Positions 18,632 through 28,631 of a stretch of 64,000 nucleotides of DNA are shown piece after piece (position 1 is the first letter of the stretch; every line of letters begins with the position of its first letter). The position numbers were made by a program, and so were the translations under genes. This stretch comes from Thermodesulfobacteriota bacterium (GTDB taxonomy: Bacteria > Desulfobacterota > Binatia > UBA9968 > JAJDTQ01). The stretch spans positions 4,319,467 to 4,383,466 of the forward strand of contig OZ220710.1 in assembly GCA_965116635.1 (NCBI GenBank). Reading direction: 5' to 3'. The notes below the pieces were generated by a model. It was given only the letters and a program-made list of their open reading frames with translations. It did no database searches and was not told the DNA's origin.

Positions 18632-18950
18632 GATGGCGTCCTTCGAGATGGCGCCCTTCGACTTCGCTTCGCTCAGGACGAACGGTTGTTGGGTTCCCTA
18701 CGCTCGGGGCGAACAGGTGTAGGGTCATTCGCTACGCTCAGGACGGACGAACGGGTGTGAGGTTCGCTACGGTCGGGGCTAACGGGTATAGGGCCATTCG
18801 CTACCCCAGGACAAACGGGTGTAGGGCCATTTCCCCACTCGTTTTGAGGAGAGTCCGTAGCCCACGGTGCAACCGTCGTAAACCCTTCCCGTTCGTCCTG
18901 AACGTAGCGAGTCCTGAGCTTGTCGAAGGGCGAGCGAAGTCGAAGGGCGC
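18632..18950. mobile_element. MITE-like palindromic repeat, copy 1 (composite/degenerate)
   Basis: Begins GGCGCCCTTCGACTTCGCTTCGCTCAGGACGAACGG and ends with its reverse complement. It belongs to the same family as six further loci. Confidence 0.7.
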
Positions 18951-18956
18951 AAGCCC

Positions 18957-19724
18957 CTACACTTCCGCCACAAGATCCTTGTAGGACAGCTCGGCCCTCG
19001 GATAGGTCAACGGACTGTGGCTCATGCCCAGCCCGACGCACGCTTCGGCGAAGCGGATCGACACCGCCTTGGTATTGAGCACCGGCACGCCCGCGCCTTT
19101 CTGCAGATCGGCGGTATCGACGACGTAGGGAATCAGCGCGCCGCCCAGCGGCACCACACATTCCGCGCCGGTCTCATCGACCAGATCCCGGATCAGCCCG
19201 ATGGCGGTTTCGGTGATCTCGGCCCTGCGTTCCTTGATGTCCGGACCGTAGATATCCAGCGCCCGTATGTCCGTGACCATGTGGTCCATCCCGATGGTCC
19301 GCAACAGCCGCCAGGTGTAGGCCACGTGCGAGGGCAGCGGCACCGTGATCCCGATCCGGTCCGCCAGCACCGCCGCGGCATGCACCGTGGTGCGCAACGG
19401 CCCGATCACCGGTATCTTGACCACCAGCCTGCCGCCGTCGACGCCGGGATCGAAGGTGTTCGACTGGATCACCGCGTCAAACCCGTTCTCCGCCGCCCAA
19501 CAGATCTTCCGGATCAGCGAGGGCGTCTCCATCATGTGATCGAGCCCGTTGAGCATTTTCTGGTTCCCGGTCACGTCCTCCACCGCCGACCCCGCGAAGT
19601 TGTCCGGAAAATGCACCTCCACCCGCGTCCCTTCCGAGGCATAGCTGTTGAGCAGCTTCTCCACCGAGGCAACGTCGTACTTCGCCGAGTCCTTCGGCGC
19701 CTTGTTCAGAAACATGATGCGCAT
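18957..19724 (-). CDS. Asp/Glu/hydantoin racemase-family protein (arylmalonate decarboxylase/maleate isomerase-like)
   Basis: Family fold with conserved Cys-containing blocks. It is convergent with the MR/MLE gene. Confidence 0.7.
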   Translation of the reverse strand: MRIMFLNKAPKDSAKYDVASVEKLLNSYASEGTRVEVHFPDNFAGSAVEDVTGNQKMLNGLDHMMETPSLIRKICWAAENGFDAVIQSNTFDPGVDGGRLVVKIPVIGPLRTTVHAAAVLADRIGITVPLPSHVAYTWRLLRTIGMDHMVTDIRALDIYGPDIKERRAEITETAIGLIRDLVDETGAECVVPLGGALIPYVVDTADLQKGAGVPVLNTKAVSIRFAEACVGLGMSHSPLTYPRAELSYKDLVAEV

Positions 19725-19899
19725 GGCCGTTCTCCCTTCAGTCGAGACGTTGGGCGTGACACACCGACCCTTGGGTACGAGCAGGATGGATCACCATCGT
19801 ATTCCCTTATACACACTAACGGACGCTGTCACGAGGTCGGGAAAATTGGGAGCCCGCCCCGACACCCGGTTCCATGCAACAAATAAAGTTGCCAACTGA

Positions 19900-20260
19900 C
19901 GCAGTATCAGAGCACTCTTCGCCGTCACGGAGGACGTGCTCCTGGCCGTCCACTTCATGATCTGCCAGTCGGATTTGACCGCGCATCCGGGTCAGTACCG
20001 CCCCGGGGTGGGTTGGGGTGAGGAATACCAAGACCGGTGAGATGGTGCACGAGGGGGTAGACCGCGACCAACTGGAGCCTCTCATCCAAGAGCTTCTGGA
20101 CTACGTGAACAATGAGGATGTCGAGTCGGTCTTCCTGCGTGCGGCCATGACCCATCTGAACCTCGCGCTGCTGCATCCGTTGCGAACGGCCAGGTGCATC
20201 CATGCCACGGTGTTGGCGAGCGCCCGGATGCGGGCTGGCCGGCTCCTCTCGCCGCTTTGA
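19900..20260 (+). pseudogene. Fic/Doc family remnant (frameshift, catalytic GNGR motif lost)
   Basis: One frame gives ...AHPGQYRPGVGWG (Fic N-terminal HPGeyR block). The next gives ...FLRAAMTHLNLALLHPLRTARCI, where the expected HPFx(D/E)GNGR is replaced. Confidence 0.35.
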
Positions 20261-20290
20261 GCCCGATCTGATAACTTCGTCTGAAGGCCC

Positions 20291-21691
20291 GTGAATCACT
20301 CTGAAATCAATTCGGATGCACCGGTGACGGTCGGAACGGAGCGGAAGGGCGAAAATCCTTCAGCGCGGCTGCGGGAGATCGTCGGCCGGGAGTGCTCCCG
20401 GGGCGGACCGCCGGGCATCGTCCGCGTGGAGACCGTGCTCCCGCGCATCGACGCACTTGCATGGCTGCGGGCGCAGGAGGCCGGCGTCGCCAGGTTCTAC
20501 TGGGCGGGCAGGGACGGCGAGCATGAGGTGGCCGGTGCCGGCGTCGCGGACGTTGTCACGGGCGCGGAATCGGACGCGGTCGACTCGCTGTTCGAGCAGT
20601 TGCGCGCCCGCCTCGAGGCCGGCGCGACGGCGGCGCGGTACTTCGGCGGCATGCGCTTCAACGGGGAGTGCGCCGCGGCTGCGGCCTGGCGGGACTTCGG
20701 CGGCTACCGGTTCGTGTTGCCGCGGTTCGAGCTGAGCCAAAGGGGCTCCGACAGCGTGTTGGCGTACCAATGGCCGCGTTCCTCCGCCAACGTCGACACC
20801 CTGATGCGCGAGATCGACGCGCTGGTCTTCCCGGAAACCGCGGCCGCGTGCGTCCACCCCGAGGCTGCCGGCCGCGACGATCTGCCTGACAGGGCCGGGT
20901 GGGACGCCGCGGTGGCCGGCTCCCTCGCTCTCGTTTCCGCCGGAGACCTGGACAAGGTCGTCCTGGCCCGCAAATCCACGTTCGCCTTTGCGGCGGAGCT
21001 CGACCCCCTGGCCTGCCTGCAGGCGCTGTTGCCGGGGGCGGAGCACTGCTACCGGTTCTGCTTCGCACCCGCCCCCGGCCGGGCCTTCCTCGGGGCGTCG
21101 CCCGAGCGGCTCTACCGCCGGGAAGGGCATCGGGTCTCGTGCGATGCCATCGCCGGCACGCGCACGCGCGGCGACGGCGCGTCGCTGGACCGGCAACTGG
21201 AACGGGATCTCATGGGCAGCGACAAGGAGCGGCGGGAGCAGGACTTCGTGGTCCGGGGAATCCACGAAAGCCTGGCGCCGCTGTGCGGCTCGCTGAACGC
21301 CGGCGTCGCCCCGTCGGTGGTGAAGCTGCGCCAGTGCCAGCACCTCATGAGCACGTTCGAGGGCGCGCTGCGCGACGGCGTCGGCGACGCCGAGCTCCTG
21401 AAGGCGCTGCACCCGACCCCTGCCGTGGGCGGCTACCCCACCGGCCGCGCGGTCCGGGAGATCGGCCAACGGGAACCCTTCGACCGCGGCTGGTACGCGG
21501 GTCCGGTGGGCTGGGTGGGCCGCGACGGCGCCGAGTTCGCGGTGGCGATCCGCTCGGCGCTGGTGGAGGGCTCGACGCTCTCGGTGTTCGCGGGCGCGGG
21601 CATCGTGGCCGGGTCGGTGCCCGGCGAAGAGTGGGACGAGCTGGACTACAAGATCAGCCACTTCACCCAGGCCCTGAACCTGCCGCGATGA
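20291..21691 (+). CDS. menF: isochorismate synthase
   Basis: Chorismate-binding C-terminal domain (GTPERLY-like SPERLY, ...PTPAVGG...) and gene context with menD. Confidence 0.85.
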   Translation: MNHSEINSDAPVTVGTERKGENPSARLREIVGRECSRGGPPGIVRVETVLPRIDALAWLRAQEAGVARFYWAGRDGEHEVAGAGVADVVTGAESDAVDSLFEQLRARLEAGATAARYFGGMRFNGECAAAAAWRDFGGYRFVLPRFELSQRGSDSVLAYQWPRSSANVDTLMREIDALVFPETAAACVHPEAAGRDDLPDRAGWDAAVAGSLALVSAGDLDKVVLARKSTFAFAAELDPLACLQALLPGAEHCYRFCFAPAPGRAFLGASPERLYRREGHRVSCDAIAGTRTRGDGASLDRQLERDLMGSDKERREQDFVVRGIHESLAPLCGSLNAGVAPSVVKLRQCQHLMSTFEGALRDGVGDAELLKALHPTPAVGGYPTGRAVREIGQREPFDRGWYAGPVGWVGRDGAEFAVAIRSALVEGSTLSVFAGAGIVAGSVPGEEWDELDYKISHFTQALNLPR

Positions 21692-23499
21692 CTGACCTGC
21701 AGGCCGCCAACGTCAACCACCTGTGGGCGACGCTGCTTATCGAGGAGCTCGTCCGCAACGGCGTCGACACGTTCTGCGTCGCGCCGGGCTCCCGCAGCAC
21801 GCCGCTGGTGGTGGCGCTGGCTCGAAACGGCCGCGCCCGGACCGTCGTCCACTACGACGAGCGCGGCGCCGCCTTCCACGCCCTCGGCCACGGACGCCTC
21901 GCGGCTGCCCCCGCCGCGGTCGTCACCACCTCGGGCAGCGCCCTGGCCAACGTCTGGCCGGCGGTGGTGGAGGCGGCGCTCGAGCGGATTCCCCTGCTGG
22001 TGCTGAGCGGCGACCGCCCGCCGGAGCTGCAGGACGCCGGCGCCAACCAGACCATGGACCAGGTCAAGTTCTTCGGCGGCTACGCCGAGTGGTCGGCGAC
22101 CCTCCCGTGTCCTTCCACCGGCATCGATCCGGCGGTGGTGCTGACCACCGTGGACCAGGCGGTGAGCCGCTGCCGCGGCCGGTCCGGCGGCGCCGTCCAC
22201 ATCAACTGCATGTTCCGCGAGCCGCTGGCCCCCACGGGTCAAGGGGAAGACTTCGAAGCCTATCTGGAACCGGTGCGCGCGTGGCGCGACGCGGACCATC
22301 CTTACACCCGCCACACGAGCGCACCGGCCCGCCCGGAACCCGAGCTGCTGGCGGATGTGGCCGAGTTGGTTACGCGCCGCCCGCGCGGCCTCGTGGTCGC
22401 CGGCCGGCTGGCGGGTCCGGCGGAGCGCGCGGCGGTGGCCGACCTTGCCGAGGCACTGGGCTGGCCGCTCCTTCCCGACGTGACCTCGGGGCTCCGGCTG
22501 GACAGCAGGCCCGGGACCGTCGTGCCCTACCAGGATGTCTTGCTGGGCTCCCGGGAGTTTATGCGGCAGCACCCCATCGAGGCCGTGATACACGTCGGCG
22601 GCCGGTTCACCTCGAGACGGCTGCCGGACCACCTGGAGGCTGTCCCGCCGAAGGACTACGTTGTCGTGGACCAGCATCCGGACCGCCAGGACCCCATTCA
22701 CCGGGCGACGAGGCGGTTCCAGCTCCCGGTGGCGGAGTTCTGCGGCGCCTTGAGGAAGGCGGTCGCGAATGCCCGGCCGGCTGGTGAAGCGGTGAATGCT
22801 CCCGCGGCCAGGGAACCCGGTGGAGCCCCGGACGGCGGCTGGCTGGCGAGCTGGCAGCGGGCGTCGGCGCACGTCGGCGAACGCCTCGATGAGCTGCTGT
22901 CCCAGGACCGGACCCTGAACGAGCCCAAGGTCGCGCGGCTCGTCTCCCGCCATATCGGCGCGGGCGAAGGGCTGTACCCGGCGTCGAGCATGCCCGTCCG
23001 CGACCTGGACACCTTCGGCCGCGCCGGGCCGGAGCCGCCGGTGGTGACCGCCAACCGGGGCGCCAGCGGCGTCGACGGCACCATCGCCACCGCCACCGGA
23101 TTCGCCCGGGCCCTGGGCCAGTGCGCCACCCTCATGATCGGCGACCAGGCGTTCCTCCACGACCTGAACTCCCTCCGGCTGGCGCGGACCCTCGACACGC
23201 CGTTCGTCATCGTCGTCTTGAACAACGACGGCGGCGGCATTTTCTCCTTTCTCCCCATCGCCGGCTTCTCCGACGTCTTCGAGCGCTACTTCGGCGCCCC
23301 CCACGGCATGACCTTCGAACACGCCGCCGCGCAGTTCGAGCTCGAGTACGCCAGACCGTCCACCACGGACGAGTTCGTCGACGCCTACGGCCAGGCCCGG
23401 ATTCGGGCCGGCGCCACCGTCATCGAGGTCCGGACCGCGCGCCGGGAAAACGTCGACCTGCACTTGAATCTGCGAGAGGCGGCGATGGAAGGGCTCTGA
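21688..23499 (+). CDS. menD: 2-succinyl-5-enolpyruvyl-6-hydroxy-3-cyclohexene-1-carboxylate synthase (TPP-dependent)
   Basis: MenD N-terminus NHLWATLLIEELVRNGV...CVAPGSRSTPL and the TPP-binding GDQAF...NNDGGGIF. The start overlaps the menF stop. Confidence 0.9.
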   Translation: MTDLQAANVNHLWATLLIEELVRNGVDTFCVAPGSRSTPLVVALARNGRARTVVHYDERGAAFHALGHGRLAAAPAAVVTTSGSALANVWPAVVEAALERIPLLVLSGDRPPELQDAGANQTMDQVKFFGGYAEWSATLPCPSTGIDPAVVLTTVDQAVSRCRGRSGGAVHINCMFREPLAPTGQGEDFEAYLEPVRAWRDADHPYTRHTSAPARPEPELLADVAELVTRRPRGLVVAGRLAGPAERAAVADLAEALGWPLLPDVTSGLRLDSRPGTVVPYQDVLLGSREFMRQHPIEAVIHVGGRFTSRRLPDHLEAVPPKDYVVVDQHPDRQDPIHRATRRFQLPVAEFCGALRKAVANARPAGEAVNAPAAREPGGAPDGGWLASWQRASAHVGERLDELLSQDRTLNEPKVARLVSRHIGAGEGLYPASSMPVRDLDTFGRAGPEPPVVTANRGASGVDGTIATATGFARALGQCATLMIGDQAFLHDLNSLRLARTLDTPFVIVVLNNDGGGIFSFLPIAGFSDVFERYFGAPHGMTFEHAAAQFELEYARPSTTDEFVDAYGQARIRAGATVIEVRTARRENVDLHLNLREAAMEGL

Positions 23500-23501
23500 C
23501 A

Positions 23502-23707
23502 GGTTGTTGAAAAACTCCGTGTGGCGCCCTTCGACTTCATTTCGCGAAGCCTGTCCTGATCTTGTCGAAGGGCTCAGGCGAGCGGAATGTTCATCTGACT
23601 TCCTTGACTCATTGACCGTTCGCCCTGAGCCCTTCGACGAGCTCAGGACAGGCTGCGCGAAGCAAAGTCGAAGGGCGCCGACCCATGTCGTGGGAGTTAT
23701 AAACAAC
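23502..23707. mobile_element. MITE-like palindromic repeat, copy 2 (complete, with TIRs)
   Basis: The TIRs are GGTTGTTGAAAAACTCC...GGCGCCC and the inverse GGGCGCC...GGGAGTTATAAACAACC. The internal palindrome includes CTGAGCCCTTCGAC. Confidence 0.75.
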
Positions 23708-23750
23708 CAGCTTCGGGCGGGCTATTCTGGTCACGTAGACAAGGACACCG

Positions 23751-24574
23751 GATTGGCGGAATCCTATCGACTCCATTACGAGGCGCGTGGCAGTGATGAA
23801 GACAAGGGCCCGCCGCTGTTGTTCCTTCACGGCTTCATGGGCTCGGGCCGCGACTGGATGGAGACGGCGGAGGCGTTGCCCGGCCACCGCTGTATCCTCG
23901 TGGACCTGCCCGGCCACGGCCGGAGCGCCGGGTGCCCCATCGGGCTCTATCCGATGCCGCGGACGGCACTCGCACTCCTTGCGGTGCTCGATGAGGCGGG
24001 CCTGGAGCAGTGCATCCCGGTGGGCTATTCCATGGGCGGGCGGCTGGCCCTTTACCTGGCGTTGGCCCACCCGGAACGTTGCCGCGCCCTGGTGGTGGAA
24101 TCGGGGTCGCCCGGGCTGGAGTCGGAGCGGGAGCGTGAGGAGCGGCGCGGCTGGGACGAATCCAAGGCATCCGAGCTGGAACGGGACGGGCTGGATACGT
24201 TCCTGAACAACTGGTACCGGCAACCGCTCTTCCAATCCATCCGGCGCAACGAAGCCCGCTTCGCGGCGTTGATGGAACGGCGGCGGCAGAACGACCCCGC
24301 GGGCCTAGCCCAATCCCTCCGTCTCGTGGGGACCGGCTCCCAACCCTCTCTATGGCCGCAGCTCCCCGGGATCGGGTTCCCGTGGCTGGCCATGGCCGGG
24401 GAACTCGACTCCCGCTACAGAAAGACCACACAGGACATGGTAAGCCTCTCCGAAACGGGTAGGCTCGTGACCATCCCGGACGCGGGCCACAACACGCATT
24501 TCGAGAACCCCGAGGCATTCTCCCGCGCGTTGGGGGAGTTCCTGGCGTCCCTACCGGCACGGGCGGGCTTTTGA
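23751..24574 (+). CDS. menH: 2-succinyl-6-hydroxy-2,4-cyclohexadiene-1-carboxylate synthase (alpha/beta hydrolase)
   Basis: Alpha/beta-hydrolase motifs (LLFLHGFMGS, nucleophile GYSMGG) in men context. A TTG start is inferred, because the track ORF N-terminus is translated MITE sequence. Confidence 0.65.
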
Positions 24575-24695
24575 AGGATCGGTTCTCCCAAGCGGCGTAC
24601 ACTTCGTGCCGGGCCGGTTGTGGGAGCGACCGGGACAGCGGCTTTGAGTCGTATACTCTTGACGTACATCGTCCGTCTTGTCATCTTGACAGGAG

Positions 24696-24983
24696 ATGAT
24701 CCGCGGCTATCGAGACAGGAAGACGCGGGCGTTCGCCGAAGGACGGCCGGTCAGGGCGTTCCGGAGTTTCGAGAACCAAGCGGCGAGACGGCTGGCCATC
24801 CTGAACGCTGCGCCTTCGCTCGATACCCTAAGGTCCTTGCCGGGCAACCGCCTCGAAGCGCTCCGAGGCGACAGGGTGGGCCAGTACTCCATTCGCATCA
24901 ATCGACAGTGGAGACTGTGTTTCGAGTGGCCGGACGGCCAGGCGGGACCGGACAACGTCGAGATCGTGGACTACCACGTATGA
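24696..24983 (+). CDS. higB: type II toxin HigB (RelE/ParE superfamily, plasmid-maintenance killer)
   Basis: MIRGYRDRKTRAF...PPGNRLEALRGDRVGQYSIRINRQWRLCFEW...VEIVDYH is a HigB hallmark. Confidence 0.85.
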   Translation: MIRGYRDRKTRAFAEGRPVRAFRSFENQAARRLAILNAAPSLDTLRSLPGNRLEALRGDRVGQYSIRINRQWRLCFEWPDGQAGPDNVEIVDYHV

Positions 24984-24999
24984 CAAGGAGGAGGGCCAC

Positions 25000-25317
25000 A
25001 TGTTCATGAGAGCTGTCCATCCCGGCGAGGTCCTGAAGGGCGAGTTGGAAGAGTTGGGGATCACCCCGACGGAGTTCGCGCGGCAGATCGACGTGCCCCC
25101 CAACCGGGTTAGCCAGATCATCGCCGGCAAGCGTTCGGTCACCGGTGACACCGCGCTACGCTTCGGTCACTGGTTCGGCAGCGAGCCTCAGTTCTGGCTC
25201 AACCTTCAGGCCCAGTACGACTTGGTTCAGGCCGACAAGGAAACCGGCGCCACGATCCGCCATCTTCCGACGAGGGCCGGCATTCCGGGAAAGGGAGCCG
25301 TTCCGGAAATCGCATGA
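25000..25317 (+). CDS. higA: antitoxin HigA (XRE-family HTH)
   Basis: HPGEVLKGELEELGITPTEFARQIDVPPNRVSQIIAGKRSVTGDTALRFGHWFG is canonical HigA. It lies 17 bp after higB. Confidence 0.8.
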   Translation: MFMRAVHPGEVLKGELEELGITPTEFARQIDVPPNRVSQIIAGKRSVTGDTALRFGHWFGSEPQFWLNLQAQYDLVQADKETGATIRHLPTRAGIPGKGAVPEIA

Positions 25318-25431
25318 CCAGAGAGCCAAGCGCCGGGAGGCGGATATCCCGCCGCGTGTGCTATATTCCAGCACGCGGGTCACGGGACATTGGCGCCGGG
25401 AATACGCTGGGAGCAACATTGAGGTTAGAGC

Positions 25432-26253
25432 ATGGCTGCAATCGAATGGACCGAGGCGGGACAGTACACCGACATCAAGTACGACAAGACCGACGGCATC
25501 GCTAAAATCACCATCAACCGTCCGGAGGTGCGCAACGCATTCCGGCCGCTGACGGTGGAGGAGATGATCCGGGCGCTGGACGACGCGCGGAACGATCCGA
25601 CAATCGGCGTGGTGATCCTCACCGGCGAGGGCAGGGAGGCATTCTGCTCCGGCGGCGACCAGAAGGTGCGCGGGGATTCCGGGTACAAGGACGGGGCCGG
25701 CGTGCACCGGCTGAACGTGCTGGATTTTCAGCGCCAGATGCGCAGTTGCCCCATGCCCGTCATCGCCATGGTGGCGGGTTACGCGGTGGGCGGCGGCCAC
25801 GTGCTTCACGTCATGTGCGACCTCACCATTGCCGCCGACAACGCCATCTTCGGCCAGACCGGCCCCCGGGTGGGCTCTTTCGACGGCGGCTACGGCGCTA
25901 CCTATCTGTCCCGCATCGTGGGACAGAAGAAGGCCCGGGAGATCTGGTACCTGTGCCGCCAGTACAATGCCCAGCAGGCTCTCGACATGGGGCTCGTGAA
26001 CGCGGTGGTGCCGTACGAGCAGTTGGAGGAGGAGACGGTCCAGTGGTGCCGCGAGATCCTCGCCAACTCGCCCATCGCCATCCGCTGCCTCAAGGCCGCG
26101 TTCAACGCGGACTGCGACGGTCAGGCCGGGCTGCAGGAACTGGCGGGCAACGCCACCATGCTCTTCTATATGACCGAAGAGGGCCAGGAAGGACGCAACG
26201 CCTTCGTCGAGAAACGCAAGCCGGATTTCTCGAAGTTCCCCAGGCGCCCCTGA
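25432..26253 (+). CDS. menB: 1,4-dihydroxy-2-naphthoyl-CoA synthase
   Basis: Near-canonical MenB ([38 protein letters not shown]-terminal [16 protein letters not shown]). Confidence 0.95.
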   Translation: MAAIEWTEAGQYTDIKYDKTDGIAKITINRPEVRNAFRPLTVEEMIRALDDARNDPTIGVVILTGEGREAFCSGGDQKVRGDSGYKDGAGVHRLNVLDFQRQMRSCPMPVIAMVAGYAVGGGHVLHVMCDLTIAADNAIFGQTGPRVGSFDGGYGATYLSRIVGQKKAREIWYLCRQYNAQQALDMGLVNAVVPYEQLEEETVQWCREILANSPIAIRCLKAAFNADCDGQAGLQELAGNATMLFYMTEEGQEGRNAFVEKRKPDFSKFPRRP

Positions 26254-26281
26254 ATCCAGGAAGGAAAGGCAAGGGGAACCG

Positions 26282-27184
26282 GTGAGCCAGGACCCCCTCT
26301 CCCAACCGCCGGGCGCCGTCGCCGTCTGGTTCCTGGCGGCAAGACCCAAGACCCTCTGGGCATCCATCGCCCCGGTGGTGGTGGGCACTGCCATGGCATT
26401 CGGCGACGGCGGGTTTCACGGCCCCGCGGCGCTGACCGCGCTGGCGTGCTCCGTGCTGATCCAGGTCGCCACCAACTTCGCCAACGATCTCTTCGACTTC
26501 GAGAAGGGCGCGGATACCGAGGCCCGACAGGGCCCGTTGCGGGTCACGCAGGCCGGACTGGTGACCCCCGGAATGATGAAGCGCGGCATCCTCGTGGTGC
26601 TGCTGCTCACGCTGCTGGGCGGCCTCTACCTGATCTGGCGCGGCGGATGGCCGGCGGTCTTCATCGGGGTTTTCTCGGTGGTGTGCGGGATGCTCTACAC
26701 CGGCGGCCCCCGCCCCCTGGGCTACATGGGGCTGGGCGACCTTTTCGTGCTGATCTTCTTCGGCCCGGTGGCGGTGGCCGGGACCTACTACGTGCAGGCG
26801 CTGACCGTGAACGCCACGGTGATCGTCGCCGGGCTGGCGCCGGGGCTCCTGTCCGTCGCCATCCTCGCGGTCAACAACCTCCGCGATGCGGACGAAGACC
26901 GCCGCACCGGCAAGCGGACGCTGGCGGTGCGATTCGGGCCCGGCTTTGCCCGCGCCGAATACATCATCGCCGTGGTGGCGGCCTGCCTGCTGCCGCTGCT
27001 GCTCTACCTCACCTCGGGCCAACGCCTCTACTCGGTCGCCACCGTCGCCGTGGTGGTTGTGGCCCTGCCGGCCTTTCGCCGTCTCTTCGTCCTCGACGGC
27101 CCGCTCCTGAATCCGGTCCTCGCTTACACTGCCAAGCTGCTGTTGCTGTACAGCGCCGTGTTCTCCGTCGGCTGGGTTCTGTGA
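26282..27184 (+). CDS. menA: 1,4-dihydroxy-2-naphthoate octaprenyltransferase
   Basis: UbiA-family membrane prenyltransferase with NDLFD and [13 protein letters not shown] motifs. Confidence 0.85.
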   Translation: MSQDPLSQPPGAVAVWFLAARPKTLWASIAPVVVGTAMAFGDGGFHGPAALTALACSVLIQVATNFANDLFDFEKGADTEARQGPLRVTQAGLVTPGMMKRGILVVLLLTLLGGLYLIWRGGWPAVFIGVFSVVCGMLYTGGPRPLGYMGLGDLFVLIFFGPVAVAGTYYVQALTVNATVIVAGLAPGLLSVAILAVNNLRDADEDRRTGKRTLAVRFGPGFARAEYIIAVVAACLLPLLLYLTSGQRLYSVATVAVVVVALPAFRRLFVLDGPLLNPVLAYTAKLLLLYSAVFSVGWVL

Positions 27185-27225
27185 AGGGTCCCTGCAGGTA
27201 CCGGGCCGGCGCCGGGTGTCACCGG

Positions 27226-27369
27226 TTCCGTGTGGCCCTTCGACTTCGCTTCGCTACGCTCAGGGCGAACGGAGTCTTCATCAGAATTCCTTGACTCAAC
27301 CGTTCGCCCTGAGCGTAGCGAAGCGAAGTCGAAGGGCGCCGACCCATATCGTAGGGAGTTTCAACAACC
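27226..27369. mobile_element. MITE-like palindromic repeat, copy 3 (short form)
   Basis: CCCTTCGACTTCGCTTCGCTACGCTCAGGGCGAACGG is followed by its inverse and the TIR GGGAGTTTCAACAACC. Confidence 0.7.
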
Positions 27370-27371
27370 TG

Positions 27372-27536
27372 CTAGTGTGGTGTCTGGTTAATTCGCGTCA
27401 TAATATGCGGAGGATTTTTTGTCGTCGGCAAGGCGCGATGACGAGCAGTGGCGTGCACCACGCGAGGAAGAGCAACGCAGCCGACGGCGAAAAGGACCCG
27501 CAGATTATGATGCGAATTAACCAGACACTACACTAG
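27372..27536. repeat. 165-bp element bounded by a 39-bp near-perfect inverted repeat (36/39)
   Basis: The left arm CTAGTGTGGTGTCTGGTTAATTCGCGTCATAATATGCGG is the reverse complement of the right arm. The core carries an inner GTCGGC...GCCGAC inverted repeat and is AT-rich for this genome. Confidence 0.6.
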
Positions 27537-28555
27537 ATCTCGACCAACCATTCAATCCACCGGCCATGGTTCTCGCAGTTCGCCAGACGGGTCTCGCTCC
27601 TCACGCCGTTCCTGTACGAAACCAGGGCCAGCACGGTCTCACTGTCGCGGGCGCCTCGTCCGGTTGAGATGACCCACAAGTCCCGTTGCGCCCCATGGCG
27701 CGCCAGCGTGGCGTTGAACCGCTCTCGAGCCTCGGGCGAGAGGTTGGTGAAGACGCGGACGATGCACAAGGCTGCTTCCCTGGGAACTTCCGCCAGCAAC
27801 TCGGGCAGCAGCGTCACTCCATCGCCGGCGATGATCTCGGGCTTCTCTTGTCGCGCGACGGCGATGGCGTTCTCAAGCAGGCTTGCCCGCTCGCCATCCC
27901 CCGGCCAAATCAACGAACGGAGCCATAGCGTCTCCTGCCGGTCGCCGGCGTCGACGGGGAACAAATCTACCCCGACACGACGGTCCACCTCGGGCAGGGT
28001 TGCCGGAACGGGTGGGGTGAGCTGTCCGCGTAAGGAACAGTTGATTTGGACGGGCGAGTTCAAGTCTCCCGAACGCAGACCGCCTCCGTAGTCGTAGCCG
28101 TAACGGTCCCAGAGCAGGTTCAGACCGGCTGCCGCACCTATCTCCAGAAGGTGCAGCGGACGGCCGCGTGCCTGGCGGGAGACGAGAACAAAGGCGGGTA
28201 GCAGCAGCGCGGACCGCCTCACCTCGTTGGTCTGGACCGTCCGGGTCGAAATGAGCTCCGCGATGGTGGCGGCGTGCTCAAGACAGAATGCGCGGAAATC
28301 GGGGTAGGGGTCGCCCAAGGGCGCTGAGCTGTTCTTGTAGAACGAGGCCAAGGGGTGCGACGTTCCCTTCAGGAGAAGGAACTGCACCGCCGCAAACAAC
28401 AAATTGGCCACTCTCTCACCCTTCCGGGCTTGAGCGGCTAGGCTCAGGAGCCCAGGATCTTCCGCGGCACCCGTGGCGAGTCGCTCATAGAGCGGCGAGG
28501 ACTCGCGGCATTGTTGGGCGAAGGTGCGAAATTGGTGGGAGACGGATTCAGGCAT
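27533..28555 (-). CDS. DUF2332-family protein (SAM-MTase-like fold, function unknown)
   Basis: DUF2332-like conserved blocks (LLEIGAAAGLNLLWDRY...). The call is from memory only. Confidence 0.55.
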   Translation of the reverse strand: MPESVSHQFRTFAQQCRESSPLYERLATGAAEDPGLLSLAAQARKGERVANLLFAAVQFLLLKGTSHPLASFYKNSSAPLGDPYPDFRAFCLEHAATIAELISTRTVQTNEVRRSALLLPAFVLVSRQARGRPLHLLEIGAAAGLNLLWDRYGYDYGGGLRSGDLNSPVQINCSLRGQLTPPVPATLPEVDRRVGVDLFPVDAGDRQETLWLRSLIWPGDGERASLLENAIAVARQEKPEIIAGDGVTLLPELLAEVPREAALCIVRVFTNLSPEARERFNATLARHGAQRDLWVISTGRGARDSETVLALVSYRNGVRSETRLANCENHGRWIEWLVEI

Positions 28556-28631
28556 GGGCGTCTGCTTCCCCGCGGGAGTTCAAAATGCCGGCGGGGTAGT
28601 GATATCAAAGAGGGACAAGGCGACGCGGTGC

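Noticed and set aside
23504-24574. 356-aa menH ORF starting at 23504
   Set aside because: The first ~80 codons are a translation of the MITE (recurrent peptide ...PFDFISRSLS...). A TTG start near 23751 gives a normal-length MenH.
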